The notes beneath the pieces are model-generated. The model saw nothing but the letters and a program-made list of their open reading frames with translations. It did not search any database and was not told where the DNA came from. The position numbers were made by a program, and so were the translations under genes. 64,000 nucleotides of DNA from Escherichia coli. GTDB lineage: Bacteria; Pseudomonadota; Gammaproteobacteria; Enterobacterales; Enterobacteriaceae. Shown piece after piece: positions 9,767 through 20,203 of the stretch. Each line of letters opens with the position of its first letter. The first letter of the stretch is position 1. The DNA lies in the NCBI RefSeq assembly GCF_045037415.1, contig NZ_CP173438.1; one strand, given 5' to 3'.

Positions 9767-10247
9767 TGTTCAGCAGCCCGCGGAGATGCGCTTTAACCGC
9801 GCCCGTGTCCGGCGGGCGTTTGTCACGATTGGGCAGCGTCATATGCGTGATGCCCGTCGGCTGGTGATGCGCCGTGCGCGGTCGGCACCGGGTGAAAACC
9901 CCGGTTATCAGACCGGACGCCTGGCTCGTTCGATTGGTTACATGGTGCCGAGAGCCAGTAAAAAGCGAGCCGGTTTTATGACACGCATTGCCCCTAACCA
10001 GCGCAACGGTAAGGGGAACCGGATGATCTCTGGTGACTTCTATCCGGCGTTTCTGTTTTTTGGTGTCCGGGGAGGAGCAAAACGTCGTCGTAGTCATCAT
10101 CGTGGTGCATCCGGTGGCAGCGGCTGGCGGCTGGCTCCACGTAATAACTTTATGGTGGAAACGCTTGAAAAGAACCGCAGCTGGACACGCTATTTTCTGG
10201 CGCGGGAATTGCGTAAATCACTGAAGCCGGAGCGACGACACAGATGA
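9741..10247 (+). CDS. Virion morphogenesis protein (HK97 gp10 / Mu G-like)
   Basis: 168 aa, basic; position between head-completion and tail genes. Confidence 0.55.
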   Translation: MATPFFHVDVQQPAEMRFNRARVRRAFVTIGQRHMRDARRLVMRRARSAPGENPGYQTGRLARSIGYMVPRASKKRAGFMTRIAPNQRNGKGNRMISGDFYPAFLFFGVRGGAKRRRSHHRGASGGSGWRLAPRNNFMVETLEKNRSWTRYFLARELRKSLKPERRHR

Positions 10248-10804
10248 AACTGACGCCTGTTATTGCTGCGCTGCGTGTCCGCTGCCCGTATTTTGAAAAC
10301 CGGGTGGCAGGCGCGGCCCAGTTCAAAAATCTGCCGGAGGTCGGAAAGCTGAAACTCCCGGCGGCGTATGTGGTACCGGGGGATGATTCTCCGGGAGAAA
10401 ACAAAAGCCAGACCGACTACTGGCAGGAGCTGAAAGAGGGCTTCTCCGTGGTTGTCATACTGAGTAACGGGCGTGATGAGCGCGGTCAGTTTGCCTCGTA
10501 TGATGTGGTGGACGATGTCCGGCAGATGCTCTTTAAGGCCCTGCTGGGCTGGAACCCGGAAGCGTGCGGTAACCCGATTACCTATGACGGCGGCACGCTG
10601 CTGGATCTGAATCGTCATGAGCTGATTTATCAGTTCGATTTTTCGGTCATCAGCGAGCTGACTGAAGACGATACCCGCCAGCTGGATGATCTGAACAGTC
10701 TGGATGAACTGCAAACGCTGGCGATTGATGTTGATTATCTCGATCCCGGTAACGGGCCTGACGGCGATATCGAACATCACACCGAAATAACCCTTCCTTC
10801 CTGA
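10244..10804 (+). CDS. Tail-associated protein of the Mu-like module (function uncertain)
   Basis: 186 aa; overlaps the upstream gene by 4 nt; acidic C-terminus. Confidence 0.5.
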   Translation: MKLTPVIAALRVRCPYFENRVAGAAQFKNLPEVGKLKLPAAYVVPGDDSPGENKSQTDYWQELKEGFSVVVILSNGRDERGQFASYDVVDDVRQMLFKALLGWNPEACGNPITYDGGTLLDLNRHELIYQFDFSVISELTEDDTRQLDDLNSLDELQTLAIDVDYLDPGNGPDGDIEHHTEITLPS

Positions 10805-10812
10805 GGATCCTC

Positions 10813-10983
10813 ATGTTTGTCAAACCTGTTAAAGGGCGGTCAGTGCCTGACCCTGCCCGCGGCGACCTTTTGCCCGCCGAAGGGCGAAATGTTGACGAGA
10901 ACAACTACTGGCTGCGCCGTGAAGCAGCGGGTGATATCCGGCGCGTGAATAAAAAGGTGAACACCGATGACGATAAGCTTTAA
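10813..10983 (+). CDS. Small hypothetical protein, 56 aa (below the ORF-track cutoff)
   Basis: ATG at 10813 to TAA at 10981; fills the gap before the sheath gene. Confidence 0.3.
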   Translation: MFVKPVKGRSVPDPARGDLLPAEGRNVDENNYWLRREAAGDIRRVNKKVNTDDDKL

Positions 10984-12464
10984 CACCATTCCGTCGAATA
11001 CGCTGGTTCCGCTGTTTTATGCGGAAATGGATAACCAGGCGGCGAATACTGCACAGGACAGCGGAGCATCGCTGCTGATTGGTCATGCCAATAACGGTGC
11101 AGAGATTGTTGCCAACAGTCTGGTGCTGATGCCGTCGGCAGACTATGCACGCCAGATTTGTGGTGCGGGAAGTCAGCTGGCGCGTATGGTCGAGGCTTAT
11201 CGCCAGACTGACCCGTTTGGCGAGCTGTATGTGATTGCCGTTCCGGAAGCCACAGGCGCGGCGGCAACGGTTACGCTGACGGTGACCGGGGAGGCAACCG
11301 AAACCGGCACGGTGAATGTTTATGTGGGACGTACCCGCGTGCAGGCACCGGTGACCAACGGCGATAACGTCGCGACGATTGCCAGCAGTATCAAAGATGC
11401 CATCAATGCCGTTCCGACCCTGCCGTTTACTGCCTCATCTTCGGCAGGCGTGGTCACACTGACCGCGCGTCATAAGGGGCTTTGCGGGAATGAAATTCCT
11501 GTCAGCCTCAATTACTACGGCTTTGGTGGGGGCGAAGTGCTGCCAGCGGGCGTACAGATTGCCGTGGCGACGGGGAACGCCGGAACGGGCGCTCCTGTTC
11601 TCACCGGCGCGGTGGCTGCAATGGCGGATGAGCCGTTTGATTATATCGGCCTGCCGTTCAACGACACGGCCTCCGTTAACACGCTGGTGACCGAGATGAA
11701 CGATACCAGCGGTCGCTGGAGCTATGCGCGTCAGCTGTATGGTCATGTGTATACGGCAAAGATCGGCACGCTGTCAGAACTGGTGACCGCAGGTGACCAG
11801 TTTAACCAGCAGCACATTACCCTGGCGGGGTACGAAAAAGAGAACCCAGACGCCTGCCGACGAGCTGGCGGCAAGCCGTACCGCCCGCGCAGCGGTGTTT
11901 ATTCGCAACGATCCGGCACGTCCCACGCAGACCGGTGAGCTGGTGGGTATGCTGCCTGCGCCGAAGGGGAAACGGTTCACGATGACCGAACAACAGACCC
12001 TGCTGTCTCATGGCGTGGCAACGGCGTATGTCGAAAGCGGGGTGCTGCGCATTCAGCGTGATGTCACCACGTACAGGAAAAACGCTTACGGTGTTGCGGA
12101 TAACAGCTACCTCGACAGCGAGACGCTGCATACCAGCGCGTATGTGCTGCGCAAACTGAAATCCGTCATTACCAGTAAGTACGGGCGTCACAAGCTTGCC
12201 AGCGACGGTACCCGCTTTGGTCCCGGTCAGGCGATTGTCACCCCGGCGGTGATCAAAGGGGAACTGCTGGCAACCTACCGTCAGCTTGAGCGTGCGGGGA
12301 TCGTGGAAAACTACGAACTGTTTAAGCAGTACCTGGTTGTGGAGCGTGATGCCAGCGATCCGAACCGCCTGAACACGCTGTTCCCGCCTGACTATGTTAA
12401 CCAGTTGCGTGTCTTTGCCGTGGTTAACCAGTTCCGTCTTCAGTATTCAGAGGAGTCTGCATAA
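10967..12464 (+). CDS. Contractile tail sheath protein (Mu L-like), interrupted by an apparent frameshift at the A-run 11835..11839
   Basis: Two overlapping ORFs (10967..11938 in frame 2, 11793..12464 in frame 0) together give ~500 aa; C-terminal part has a sheath-like LFPPDYVNQLRVFA motif. Confidence 0.7.
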
Positions 12465-12820
12465 TGGCCCGTATCGGGGGAACCTGTTATTTCAAAATTG
12501 ACGGTCAGCAGCTATCGCTGACCGGCGGCATTGAGGTGCCCATGAACAGGACGGTAAATGATGACATCATCGGCCTGGACGGTTCAGTGGACCGCAAGGA
12601 AACTCACCGTGCACCTTATGTCAAAGGGACCTTCAAGGTGCCGAAGAATTTTCCGGTGAGCAAAATCACCTCGTCTGATGAGATGACCATCACTGCCGAG
12701 CTGGCGAACGGTCAGGTCTATGTATTGTTGTCTGCCTGGCTGCACGGTGAAGCGAACCATAATGCCGAAGAAGGCACGGTTGATCTTGAGTTCCACGGTG
12801 AAGAAGGGGATTACCAGTGA
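12464..12820 (+). CDS. Tail tube protein (Mu M-like)
   Basis: 118 aa immediately after the sheath gene. Confidence 0.8.
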   Translation: MARIGGTCYFKIDGQQLSLTGGIEVPMNRTVNDDIIGLDGSVDRKETHRAPYVKGTFKVPKNFPVSKITSSDEMTITAELANGQVYVLLSAWLHGEANHNAEEGTVDLEFHGEEGDYQ

Positions 12821-13140
12821 TTGAGCTTGTACTTAAAAAACCGATCATCGCCCACAAAGAAACACTGCATGTGCTGGAAATACGTGAGCCTACGTATGAC
12901 GAGATTGAGGCGCTGGGGTTCCCTTTCTCTGTTTCGCCTGATGGTGGTATGAAAATGGACAGTCAGGTGGCGCTGAAATATATCCCGCTTCTGGCCGGGA
13001 TCCCGCGCTCGTCTGCAGCGCAGATGACGAAGCTGGATATTTTCAAGGCAGGCATGATTGTAATGCGTTTTTTTACCGGCTTGGAGACGGAAGAGACCTC
13101 CGGAAGCGATTCTACAATGTCGCGTGGTTCTGGAAATTAA
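12817..13140 (+). CDS. Tail assembly chaperone (G-like)
   Basis: 107 aa immediately upstream of the tape-measure gene. Confidence 0.7.
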   Translation: MIELVLKKPIIAHKETLHVLEIREPTYDEIEALGFPFSVSPDGGMKMDSQVALKYIPLLAGIPRSSAAQMTKLDIFKAGMIVMRFFTGLETEETSGSDSTMSRGSGN

Positions 13141-13232
13141 ACCCCCTTGAACTTCGCAGGACGGCTATTTCCCACTTTGCTGATCTGGAGGCAGAGGCCG
13201 TCCGTATAAATGAGGAGATGAAGCATGGCTGA
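12817..13232 (+). CDS. Tail assembly chaperone, predicted -1 frameshift extension product (GT-like)
   Basis: Slippery heptamer T_TTT_TTT at 13068..13074 in the zero frame; the -1 frame stays open to TGA 13230..13232, abutting the tape-measure ATG at 13225. Confidence 0.5.
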
Positions 13233-15126
13233 TAATTTTCAGCTGAAAGCCATCATCACCGCCGTTGACAGGCTGTCCGGCCCGCTTAAAGGTATGCAGC
13301 GTCAGCTTAAGGGGTTTCAGAAAGAAGTCTCCAGCCTTGCTCTGGGCGCTGCCGGGGCGGGTACTGCAATAATGGGGGCACTGGCACTCCCTGTAAAATC
13401 AGCCATCACCCTTGAATCGAAGATGGCTGATGTCCGCAAAGTGGTGGACGGTCTGGATACGCCGGATGCGTTTAAGGCCATGACGGAGCAGGTACGCGCT
13501 TTGTCTACTGAGCTTCCCATGTCTGCAGACGGGATCGCGGAAATTGTGGCGGCTGGCGGTCAGGCCGGGATTGCACGTGATGAACTGATGCAGTTTGCCA
13601 CTGATGCGGTGAAGATGGGCGTGGCCTTTGATACCACGGCTGAAGAGTCCGGGCAGATGATGGCCCAGTGGCGTACTGCGTTTAATATGACGCAGGATGA
13701 AGTGGCTGGGCTGGCTGACAAAATCAACTACCTTGGTAATACCGGCCCGGCGAATGCGAAGAAAATCTCCGATATTGTTACGCGTATTGGTCCTTTAGGT
13801 GGTGTTGCAGGTGTGGCTTCCGGCGAAATCGCGGCAATGGGGGCAACCATTGCCGGGATGGGCGTGGAGTCAGAAATTGCCGCCACAGGGATCAAGAACT
13901 TCATGCTTTCCCTGACCGCGGGAAATTCAGCGACAAAATCGCAGAAACAGGCATTACGTTTTCTGCGGATCAATCCGAAGAAATTAGCTGCTGATATGCA
14001 GAAAGATGCCCGGGGAACCATGCTGTCTGTACTGGATGCGATGGCTAAAGTGCCTAAAGAAAAACAGGCAGCTGTGCTGAATGCCCTGTTCGGGAAAGAG
14101 TCTCTGGGCGCGATAGCACCTCTGCTGACTAACCTTGATTTGTTGCGTACCAACTTCAGGCGGGTTGCGGATTCCCAGCAGTATGGCAGTTCGATGCAGA
14201 AGGAATATGCTTCGAGGGCAGCGACGACGGAAAACCAGCTTTTACTTCTGCAAAATCAACTTGATGCCATTTCTTCCACTCTGGGGGAAACGTTTCTTCC
14301 TGAGGTTAATGATGGTCTTGAAGCGGTAAAACCGCTCCTTGAGGAAGTGAGAACGTTTGTCCGTGAAAACCCGGAGCTCGTTAAGACCATTGCTAAAATC
14401 GGTCTGGCTTTACTGACAGTGGGGGCCGCTGCAGGCTCTTTGTCCAGAATCATGAAAGTTCTCGGCGGTGTGATGAATATGACGCCTGCTAAGGGTCTGA
14501 TTGCTCTTCTGGTCGGTGCCGCTTACCTCATTATTGATAACTGGGAAACCGTAGGTCCTGTCATAAAAAAAGTCTGGCGCGTGGTGGATGAAACGGCGCA
14601 GGCGATGGGGGGATGGGAAACTGTTCTGAAAGCGATCGCCCTGTTTATGACAACCAAATGGGTTGCTGACGTTACCAAATCCATTACCGCAGTGACCAGA
14701 GAGATGCGTACGCTGGGGAAGGTGTCGGCAGAAACGGGATTGATGGGGAAAGGCCGCGGCTTTATCGGGAAGGCCGGGGTATATGGTTTTCTGGGAACCC
14801 TGATGTATGAGCCGGTTAAAGATACTCTGGAAAGTGTTGTTCCTGAAGATACAGTTAACTGGCTGGATAATAAAGGGCTGTTTCTGGCTTCAGACTGGAC
14901 GCCTTTTTTTGATCGTAAAGAGTACGAGCAGTATCAGGCCAGCCTGAGTCAGTACAAACCCAATGTTCCGCTGTTGAATCCATCTTCTTCCATGACACAG
15001 CACAGCGAACTGAAAGTCACGTTCGAGAATGCTCCGCCAGGCATGAAGATAATTGATGTACCGGGCAAAGCCGATCCCCTGATGAAAATCACGCACGATG
15101 TGGGGTATTCTCCATTCAGGCGATAA
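13225..15126 (+). CDS. Tail tape measure protein
   Basis: 633 aa, Ala/Gly-rich with helical repeats; position after the chaperone. Confidence 0.9.
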   Translation: MADNFQLKAIITAVDRLSGPLKGMQRQLKGFQKEVSSLALGAAGAGTAIMGALALPVKSAITLESKMADVRKVVDGLDTPDAFKAMTEQVRALSTELPMSADGIAEIVAAGGQAGIARDELMQFATDAVKMGVAFDTTAEESGQMMAQWRTAFNMTQDEVAGLADKINYLGNTGPANAKKISDIVTRIGPLGGVAGVASGEIAAMGATIAGMGVESEIAATGIKNFMLSLTAGNSATKSQKQALRFLRINPKKLAADMQKDARGTMLSVLDAMAKVPKEKQAAVLNALFGKESLGAIAPLLTNLDLLRTNFRRVADSQQYGSSMQKEYASRAATTENQLLLLQNQLDAISSTLGETFLPEVNDGLEAVKPLLEEVRTFVRENPELVKTIAKIGLALLTVGAAAGSLSRIMKVLGGVMNMTPAKGLIALLVGAAYLIIDNWETVGPVIKKVWRVVDETAQAMGGWETVLKAIALFMTTKWVADVTKSITAVTREMRTLGKVSAETGLMGKGRGFIGKAGVYGFLGTLMYEPVKDTLESVVPEDTVNWLDNKGLFLASDWTPFFDRKEYEQYQASLSQYKPNVPLLNPSSSMTQHSELKVTFENAPPGMKIIDVPGKADPLMKITHDVGYSPFRR

Positions 15127-15190
15127 TAACCCTACTTTAATCAAGTAGGGTTATTGAGTGGTAAAGTTTGTGCTGAATGTAGGAGAGAAT

Positions 15191-15679
15191 ATGAAGAAAA
15201 TGTTTATATTGTTGTTGGCTGCAGGACTGCCATTAAACTCCTTTGCGAAGCCAGTAACGGAAAAGCAGCTTGCTACATACTTTATAGATAACGTTAAAAC
15301 TTCAGCAGATAAGAATATAGATCTAGATGTAGGTGGAATAAATAGACTGTCTGTAATATGCCCAGCAAAGTCGGCAAGTGGAACTCTTTTAATAAAAAAA
15401 GCATCCTACGAGTTTAATAAAGGTATTGGTGTTTTTGATTTTGAAAATAACTCACAATCTGCACCATTGGCTTTTATTGTACCAATTAGTGAGGATGAAA
15501 ATAACTTTGACTCGGAAATTATTGGTTTCTCTTTTGCATTTAAAATGCCAAGAGGGCAATTCTTTGTTGATGTTACGAAATCAGGGAAGGTAAAGGCTGG
15601 CGTAAATATTAGTGGTGAAAGCGGAATTACTTATTCATCATGTAGAATAGATACTCATAATGTTGATTATGATCTTTAA
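15191..15679 (+). CDS. Secreted hypothetical protein, 162 aa; AT-rich cargo gene inside the tail module
   Basis: ATG at 15191 preceded by AGGAGAG; Sec-type signal peptide MKKMFILLLAAGLPLNSFA; low GC; own terminator. Confidence 0.6.
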   Translation: MKKMFILLLAAGLPLNSFAKPVTEKQLATYFIDNVKTSADKNIDLDVGGINRLSVICPAKSASGTLLIKKASYEFNKGIGVFDFENNSQSAPLAFIVPISEDENNFDSEIIGFSFAFKMPRGQFFVDVTKSGKVKAGVNISGESGITYSSCRIDTHNVDYDL

Positions 15680-15694
15680 TTTTATTACCTAATA

Positions 15695-15722
15695 AAAAAC
15701 CGCGTTTACACGCGGTTTTTAT
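15695..15722 (+). terminator. Rho-independent terminator after the secreted cargo gene
   Basis: AACCGCG-TTTACA-CGCGGTT hairpin followed by TTTTTATTT. Confidence 0.6.
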
Positions 15723-15735
15723 TTGAGGTGACACC

Positions 15736-17109
15736 ATGGATTTTTCTCATATTTCTTCGTACCTATCCTCTAATTCTCGAAGTGGCTGGCGTGAAAAGCT
15801 ACTTGAAGCATCATTTCGAGGTGTGCCGTTTAAGGTTGAAGAAGAAAGTGCGGGAACCGGTCGCCGTGTGGAAACACATGAATACCCGAACCGCGACAAG
15901 CCTTATACCGAAGATCTGGGAAAAGTCACTTTCCGCCCGTCCATCACAGCTTATGTGGTGGGAGATGACTGCTTTGACCAGCGCGATCGCCTGATTGACG
16001 CGCTGAATAAACCCGGTCCCGGCACGCTTGTCCATCCGACATACGGTGAGATGAAAGTCTGTGTTGACGGGGAAGTTCGGGTCAGCACATCGAAAAGTGA
16101 AGGGCGTATTGTCCGCTTTGACCTGAAGTTTGTCGAAGCGGGAGAACTCTCTTACCCCACATCAGGTGCGGCGACGGCGCAGACGCTGATGTCATCCTGT
16201 TCTGCACTGGATGACTGCATCAGTGACAGCTTCAGCGGTTTCAGTATCGATGGCGTGGCGGATTTCGTGCAGAACGACGTTATCGGTAATGCCAGCATAA
16301 TGCTGGGGTATGTTTCTGATGCGATGAAAGTGGTGGATTCTACCGTATCGGATGCCGCCAGGCTGTTGCAGGGGGATATCTCGGTACTTCTGCCGCCGCC
16401 ATCGTCAGGCAAAAATTTCGTTGAGCAGGTGCAGAAAATGTGGCGTACCGGGAAACGCCTTTATGGTAACGCCAGCGACCTGGTCACCATGATCAAAACG
16501 CTTTCCGGTGTCAGCCTCGGCAGCGATCTGCAACCGCGCGGCGTCTGGAAAACGGACAGTAAAACCACCGCCACGGCTACGCAGCAGCGTAACGTGGTTG
16601 CCAGCACCCTTCGTACGACCGCAATCAGCGAAGCGGCGTATGCCGTCACGCGATTGCCTGCGCCAACAACTTCCGCGGTGATGCAGAATTCCGCAGTGGG
16701 GCAGGCAACAACACCCGCGCAGAGCACTGGCTGGCCTGCCGTCACGCATCCGGCACTGAACAATGCACCGGCGGTGAAAAACACGGTTGACCTGCCGACG
16801 TGGGAAGAACTGACTGACATTCGCGACACACTGAATACGGCAATTGATAAGGAGTTGTCCCGTACAACCAGTGATGCGCTGTTTCTGGCGCTGCGCCGGG
16901 TGAAAGCAGATCTGAATGCGGATATCAACACGCGCCTTGAACAGTCTGCACGGATCATTCAGCGCACACCGGATGAGGTTTTACCCGCGCTGGTGCTGGC
17001 GGCGACCTGGTTTGATAACGCGGCGCGTGACGCGGACATTATCCGGCGTAATGCCATTACGCATCCCGGCTTTGTGCCGGTGATCCCTCTGAAGGTGCCA
17101 GTGCAATGA
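15736..17109 (+). CDS. DNA circularisation protein (Mu N-like)
   Basis: 457 aa; position after the tape-measure gene in a Mu-like order. Confidence 0.75.
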   Translation: MDFSHISSYLSSNSRSGWREKLLEASFRGVPFKVEEESAGTGRRVETHEYPNRDKPYTEDLGKVTFRPSITAYVVGDDCFDQRDRLIDALNKPGPGTLVHPTYGEMKVCVDGEVRVSTSKSEGRIVRFDLKFVEAGELSYPTSGAATAQTLMSSCSALDDCISDSFSGFSIDGVADFVQNDVIGNASIMLGYVSDAMKVVDSTVSDAARLLQGDISVLLPPPSSGKNFVEQVQKMWRTGKRLYGNASDLVTMIKTLSGVSLGSDLQPRGVWKTDSKTTATATQQRNVVASTLRTTAISEAAYAVTRLPAPTTSAVMQNSAVGQATTPAQSTGWPAVTHPALNNAPAVKNTVDLPTWEELTDIRDTLNTAIDKELSRTTSDALFLALRRVKADLNADINTRLEQSARIIQRTPDEVLPALVLAATWFDNAARDADIIRRNAITHPGFVPVIPLKVPVQ

Positions 17110-18185
17110 ACGACAATGTCACGCTACGGGTAAATGGCCGGGAGTGGAATGGCTGGACATCGGTGCGCATCGGTGCCGGTATTGAACGGCTGGCGCGGGA
17201 TTTCAGTGTGGAGATCACCCGCCAGTGGCCGGGTGATGAGGGTATCACCACGCTTCAGCCGCGCATTAAAAACGGTTCAAAAGTGGAAGTGCTGATTGGT
17301 GATGAGCTGGTGATCACCGGCTGGGTGGAGGCGACTCCCGTTCATTACGATGCCCGTTCGGTCAGCACCGGTATTGCCGGACGTAGTCTGACGGCTGACC
17401 TGATTGACTGTGCAGCCGAACCGACACAGTTTAACGGACGCTCGCTGGTGCAGATTGCGCAGGCGCTTGCTGCGCCTTTCGGCATTGAGGTGGTGAACAG
17501 CGGTGCGCCATCGGGTGTTATTCCTGATGTTCAGCCTGATCACGGTGAAACGGTGATTGAGGTAATCAACAAAATACTCGGTCAGCAGCAGGCACTGGCT
17601 TACGACGACCCGCACGGCAGGCTGGTGATTGGCGGTATTGGCTCAACGCGGGCACATACCGCGCTGGTACTTGGGGAAAATATCCTTTCCTGTGATACGG
17701 AGAAGAGTATCCGGGAGCGGTTTTCTGTTTACCAGGTGGCGGGGCAGCGTGCCGGAAACGACGATGATTTCGGTGAGGCCACCACCACCGCGCTGCGGGC
17801 CCGCACAGAGGACGCATTTATTGCCCGTTACCGTCCGATGTATATCAGGCAGACAGGGCAGGCTACGGGGGCAGGCTGTATTGCGCGTGCTGACTTTGAA
17901 GCCCGACAACGGGCGGCGCGGACGGATGAAACCACCTATGTGGTGCAGGGCTGGCGACAGGGTAACGGTACGCTGTGGCAGCCCAACCAGCGGGTGATTG
18001 TCTTTGATCCGGTCTGTGGTTTTGACAATACCGAACTGCTTGTCTCGGAAGTCACGTTTACTCAGGACCAGAACGGCACCCTGACGGAAATCCGTGTCGG
18101 CCCGCCTGATGCTTATCTGCCTGAACCCGAAGACCCCGGCGCGCGGAAAAAGAAAAAAGCCAGAGTACAGGAGGACCCGTTCTGA
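17106..18185 (+). CDS. Baseplate hub protein (Mu P-like)
   Basis: 359 aa; overlapping chain of baseplate genes. Confidence 0.75.
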   Translation: MNDNVTLRVNGREWNGWTSVRIGAGIERLARDFSVEITRQWPGDEGITTLQPRIKNGSKVEVLIGDELVITGWVEATPVHYDARSVSTGIAGRSLTADLIDCAAEPTQFNGRSLVQIAQALAAPFGIEVVNSGAPSGVIPDVQPDHGETVIEVINKILGQQQALAYDDPHGRLVIGGIGSTRAHTALVLGENILSCDTEKSIRERFSVYQVAGQRAGNDDDFGEATTTALRARTEDAFIARYRPMYIRQTGQATGAGCIARADFEARQRAARTDETTYVVQGWRQGNGTLWQPNQRVIVFDPVCGFDNTELLVSEVTFTQDQNGTLTEIRVGPPDAYLPEPEDPGARKKKKARVQEDPF

Positions 18186-18733
18186 TGAGGGCGATTGAAG
18201 CCATGCAGCGACAACTACTCGGCCTGATTGGGCGGGCCGTGGTGAAAAGCATCAGTGCCGCCACGAAATGTCAGACCGTGGATGTGTCCCTGATTGCCGG
18301 TGAACCCAAAGCCGGGGTTGAACATCTTGAACCCTACGGTTTTACCGCAAGGGCAAACAGCGGTGCGGAAGCGGTGGTGTTGTTTCCGGATGGCGACCGT
18401 TCTCATGCGGTGGTTGTTACGGTGTCGGACCGGCGCTACCGCCTGAAAGGACTGCAGACGGGTGAGGTGGCTGTCTATGACGATCAGGGGCAGTCCGTGA
18501 CGCTGACCCGGGAGGGGATCGTGGTGGACGGTGCAGGTAAAACGATCACGTTTCGCAATTCACCTAAAGCACGTTTTGAAATGGACCTGGAAGTGACAGG
18601 ACAGGTGAAAGACCTGTGCGACTCCGGCGGCACCACCATGTCAGCGATGCGGCTTGCCTATAACGGGCATCGTCACAGAGAGAACGGTCAGGGCAGTAAC
18701 ACCGACAAACCGGATAAAGCGATGGAGGCATGA
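18185..18733 (+). CDS. Baseplate assembly protein V / spike
   Basis: 182 aa; position and size as in Mu-like baseplates. Confidence 0.75.
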   Translation: MRAIEAMQRQLLGLIGRAVVKSISAATKCQTVDVSLIAGEPKAGVEHLEPYGFTARANSGAEAVVLFPDGDRSHAVVVTVSDRRYRLKGLQTGEVAVYDDQGQSVTLTREGIVVDGAGKTITFRNSPKARFEMDLEVTGQVKDLCDSGGTTMSAMRLAYNGHRHRENGQGSNTDKPDKAMEA

Positions 18734-19158
18734 TGGAACTGTGGCTGACGGTGAACGGTAAACGCACCTGCGCCAGCGCACCGCTGGATCCGCTGACCCG
18801 CGCCGTGGTGATTTCCCTGTTTACCTGGCGGCGGGCGGAGCCTGATGACAACGCCGACGTCCCGATGGGATGGTGGGGGGATACCTGGCCTGCGGTACAG
18901 AATGACCGTTACGGCTCCCGGCTGTGGCTGCTTCAGCGCAGCAAACTGACCAATCAGCTGGTGCAGACGGTAAGGGGGTATATCCGCGAATGCCTGCAAT
19001 GGATGATTGATGACGGCGTGGTGTCCCGTATTGATCTGGATATCCGCCGCACCGGGATTAATGAACTGGGTAACAGTATCACTCTCTGGCGTCGTGACGG
19101 ACCGGTAATGATTTCTTTTGATGATCTGTGGAGTGCGATAACGCATGGCGGACAGTGA
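18730..19158 (+). CDS. Baseplate protein (GPW/gp25-like)
   Basis: 142 aa between the V-like and J-like genes. Confidence 0.7.
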   Translation: MMELWLTVNGKRTCASAPLDPLTRAVVISLFTWRRAEPDDNADVPMGWWGDTWPAVQNDRYGSRLWLLQRSKLTNQLVQTVRGYIRECLQWMIDDGVVSRIDLDIRRTGINELGNSITLWRRDGPVMISFDDLWSAITHGGQ

Positions 19159-20203
19159 ATTTCAGCGCCCGACGCTGGCAGAAAATATCAGTATGCTCCG
19201 TAACGATTTATTCGCCAGGCTGGACGTCAGCGACACGCTCCGGCGCATGGATGAAGACGTGCGGGCAAAGGTGTATGCGGCGGCGCTGCATACGGTTTAT
19301 GGGTACATCGATTATCTGGCAATGAATATGCTGCCTGACCTGTGCGATGAGTCCTGGCTGGCACGACATGCTGCGATGAAACGGTGTCCGCGCAAGGGGG
19401 CCACGGCTGCCAGCGGGTATATGCGCTGGGAAGGTGTCAGCGATGGCCTGAAGGTGACTGCCGGGAGCGTGATTCAGCGCGATGACCTGGTTCAGTACAC
19501 GGCAACTGCCGATGCAACCAGCTCCGGTGGTGTCCTGCGTGCGCCGATCACTTGCTCAACTACAGGCGCGGTCGGTAACGCTGACGACGGTACGGCATTA
19601 ATCCTGGTCACGCCGGTGAATGGTCTGCCGTCTTCCGGTGTTGCAGATACCCTGACTGGCGGATTCGATACTGAAGATCTGGAAACGTGGCGCGCCCGCG
19701 TCATTGAGCGGTATTACTGGACGCCGCAGGGCGGGGCTGACGGGGACTATGTCGTCTGGGCTAAAGAAGTGCCCGGCATTACCCGCGCATGGACATACCG
19801 TCACTGGATGGGAACGGGAACTGTCGGTGTGATGATTGCCAGCAGTGACCTGATTAATCCCATTCCGGAAGAATCAACGGAAACGGCGGCAAGACAACAT
19901 ATCGGGCCACTGGCCCCGGTGGCAGGCTCTGATTTATATGTATTCAGGCCGGTGGCGCATAAAGTGGATTTTCATATCCGCGTGACGCCGGACACACCGG
20001 AAATACGGGCTGCCATCACCGCCGAGTTGCGTTCGTTCCTGCTGCGTGATGGTTATCCGCAGGGAGAACTGAAGGTGTCGCGTATCAGTGAAGCGATTTC
20101 CGGTGCGAACGGGGAATACAGCCATCAGTTGCTTGCACCGGCAGACAATATCTCCATTGCAAAAAATGAACTGGCGGTACTGGGGACGATTTCATGGACG
20201 TGA
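19145..20203 (+). CDS. Baseplate J-like protein
   Basis: 352 aa; position in the Mu-like baseplate order. Confidence 0.8.
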   Translation: MADSEFQRPTLAENISMLRNDLFARLDVSDTLRRMDEDVRAKVYAAALHTVYGYIDYLAMNMLPDLCDESWLARHAAMKRCPRKGATAASGYMRWEGVSDGLKVTAGSVIQRDDLVQYTATADATSSGGVLRAPITCSTTGAVGNADDGTALILVTPVNGLPSSGVADTLTGGFDTEDLETWRARVIERYYWTPQGGADGDYVVWAKEVPGITRAWTYRHWMGTGTVGVMIASSDLINPIPEESTETAARQHIGPLAPVAGSDLYVFRPVAHKVDFHIRVTPDTPEIRAAITAELRSFLLRDGYPQGELKVSRISEAISGANGEYSHQLLAPADNISIAKNELAVLGTISWT

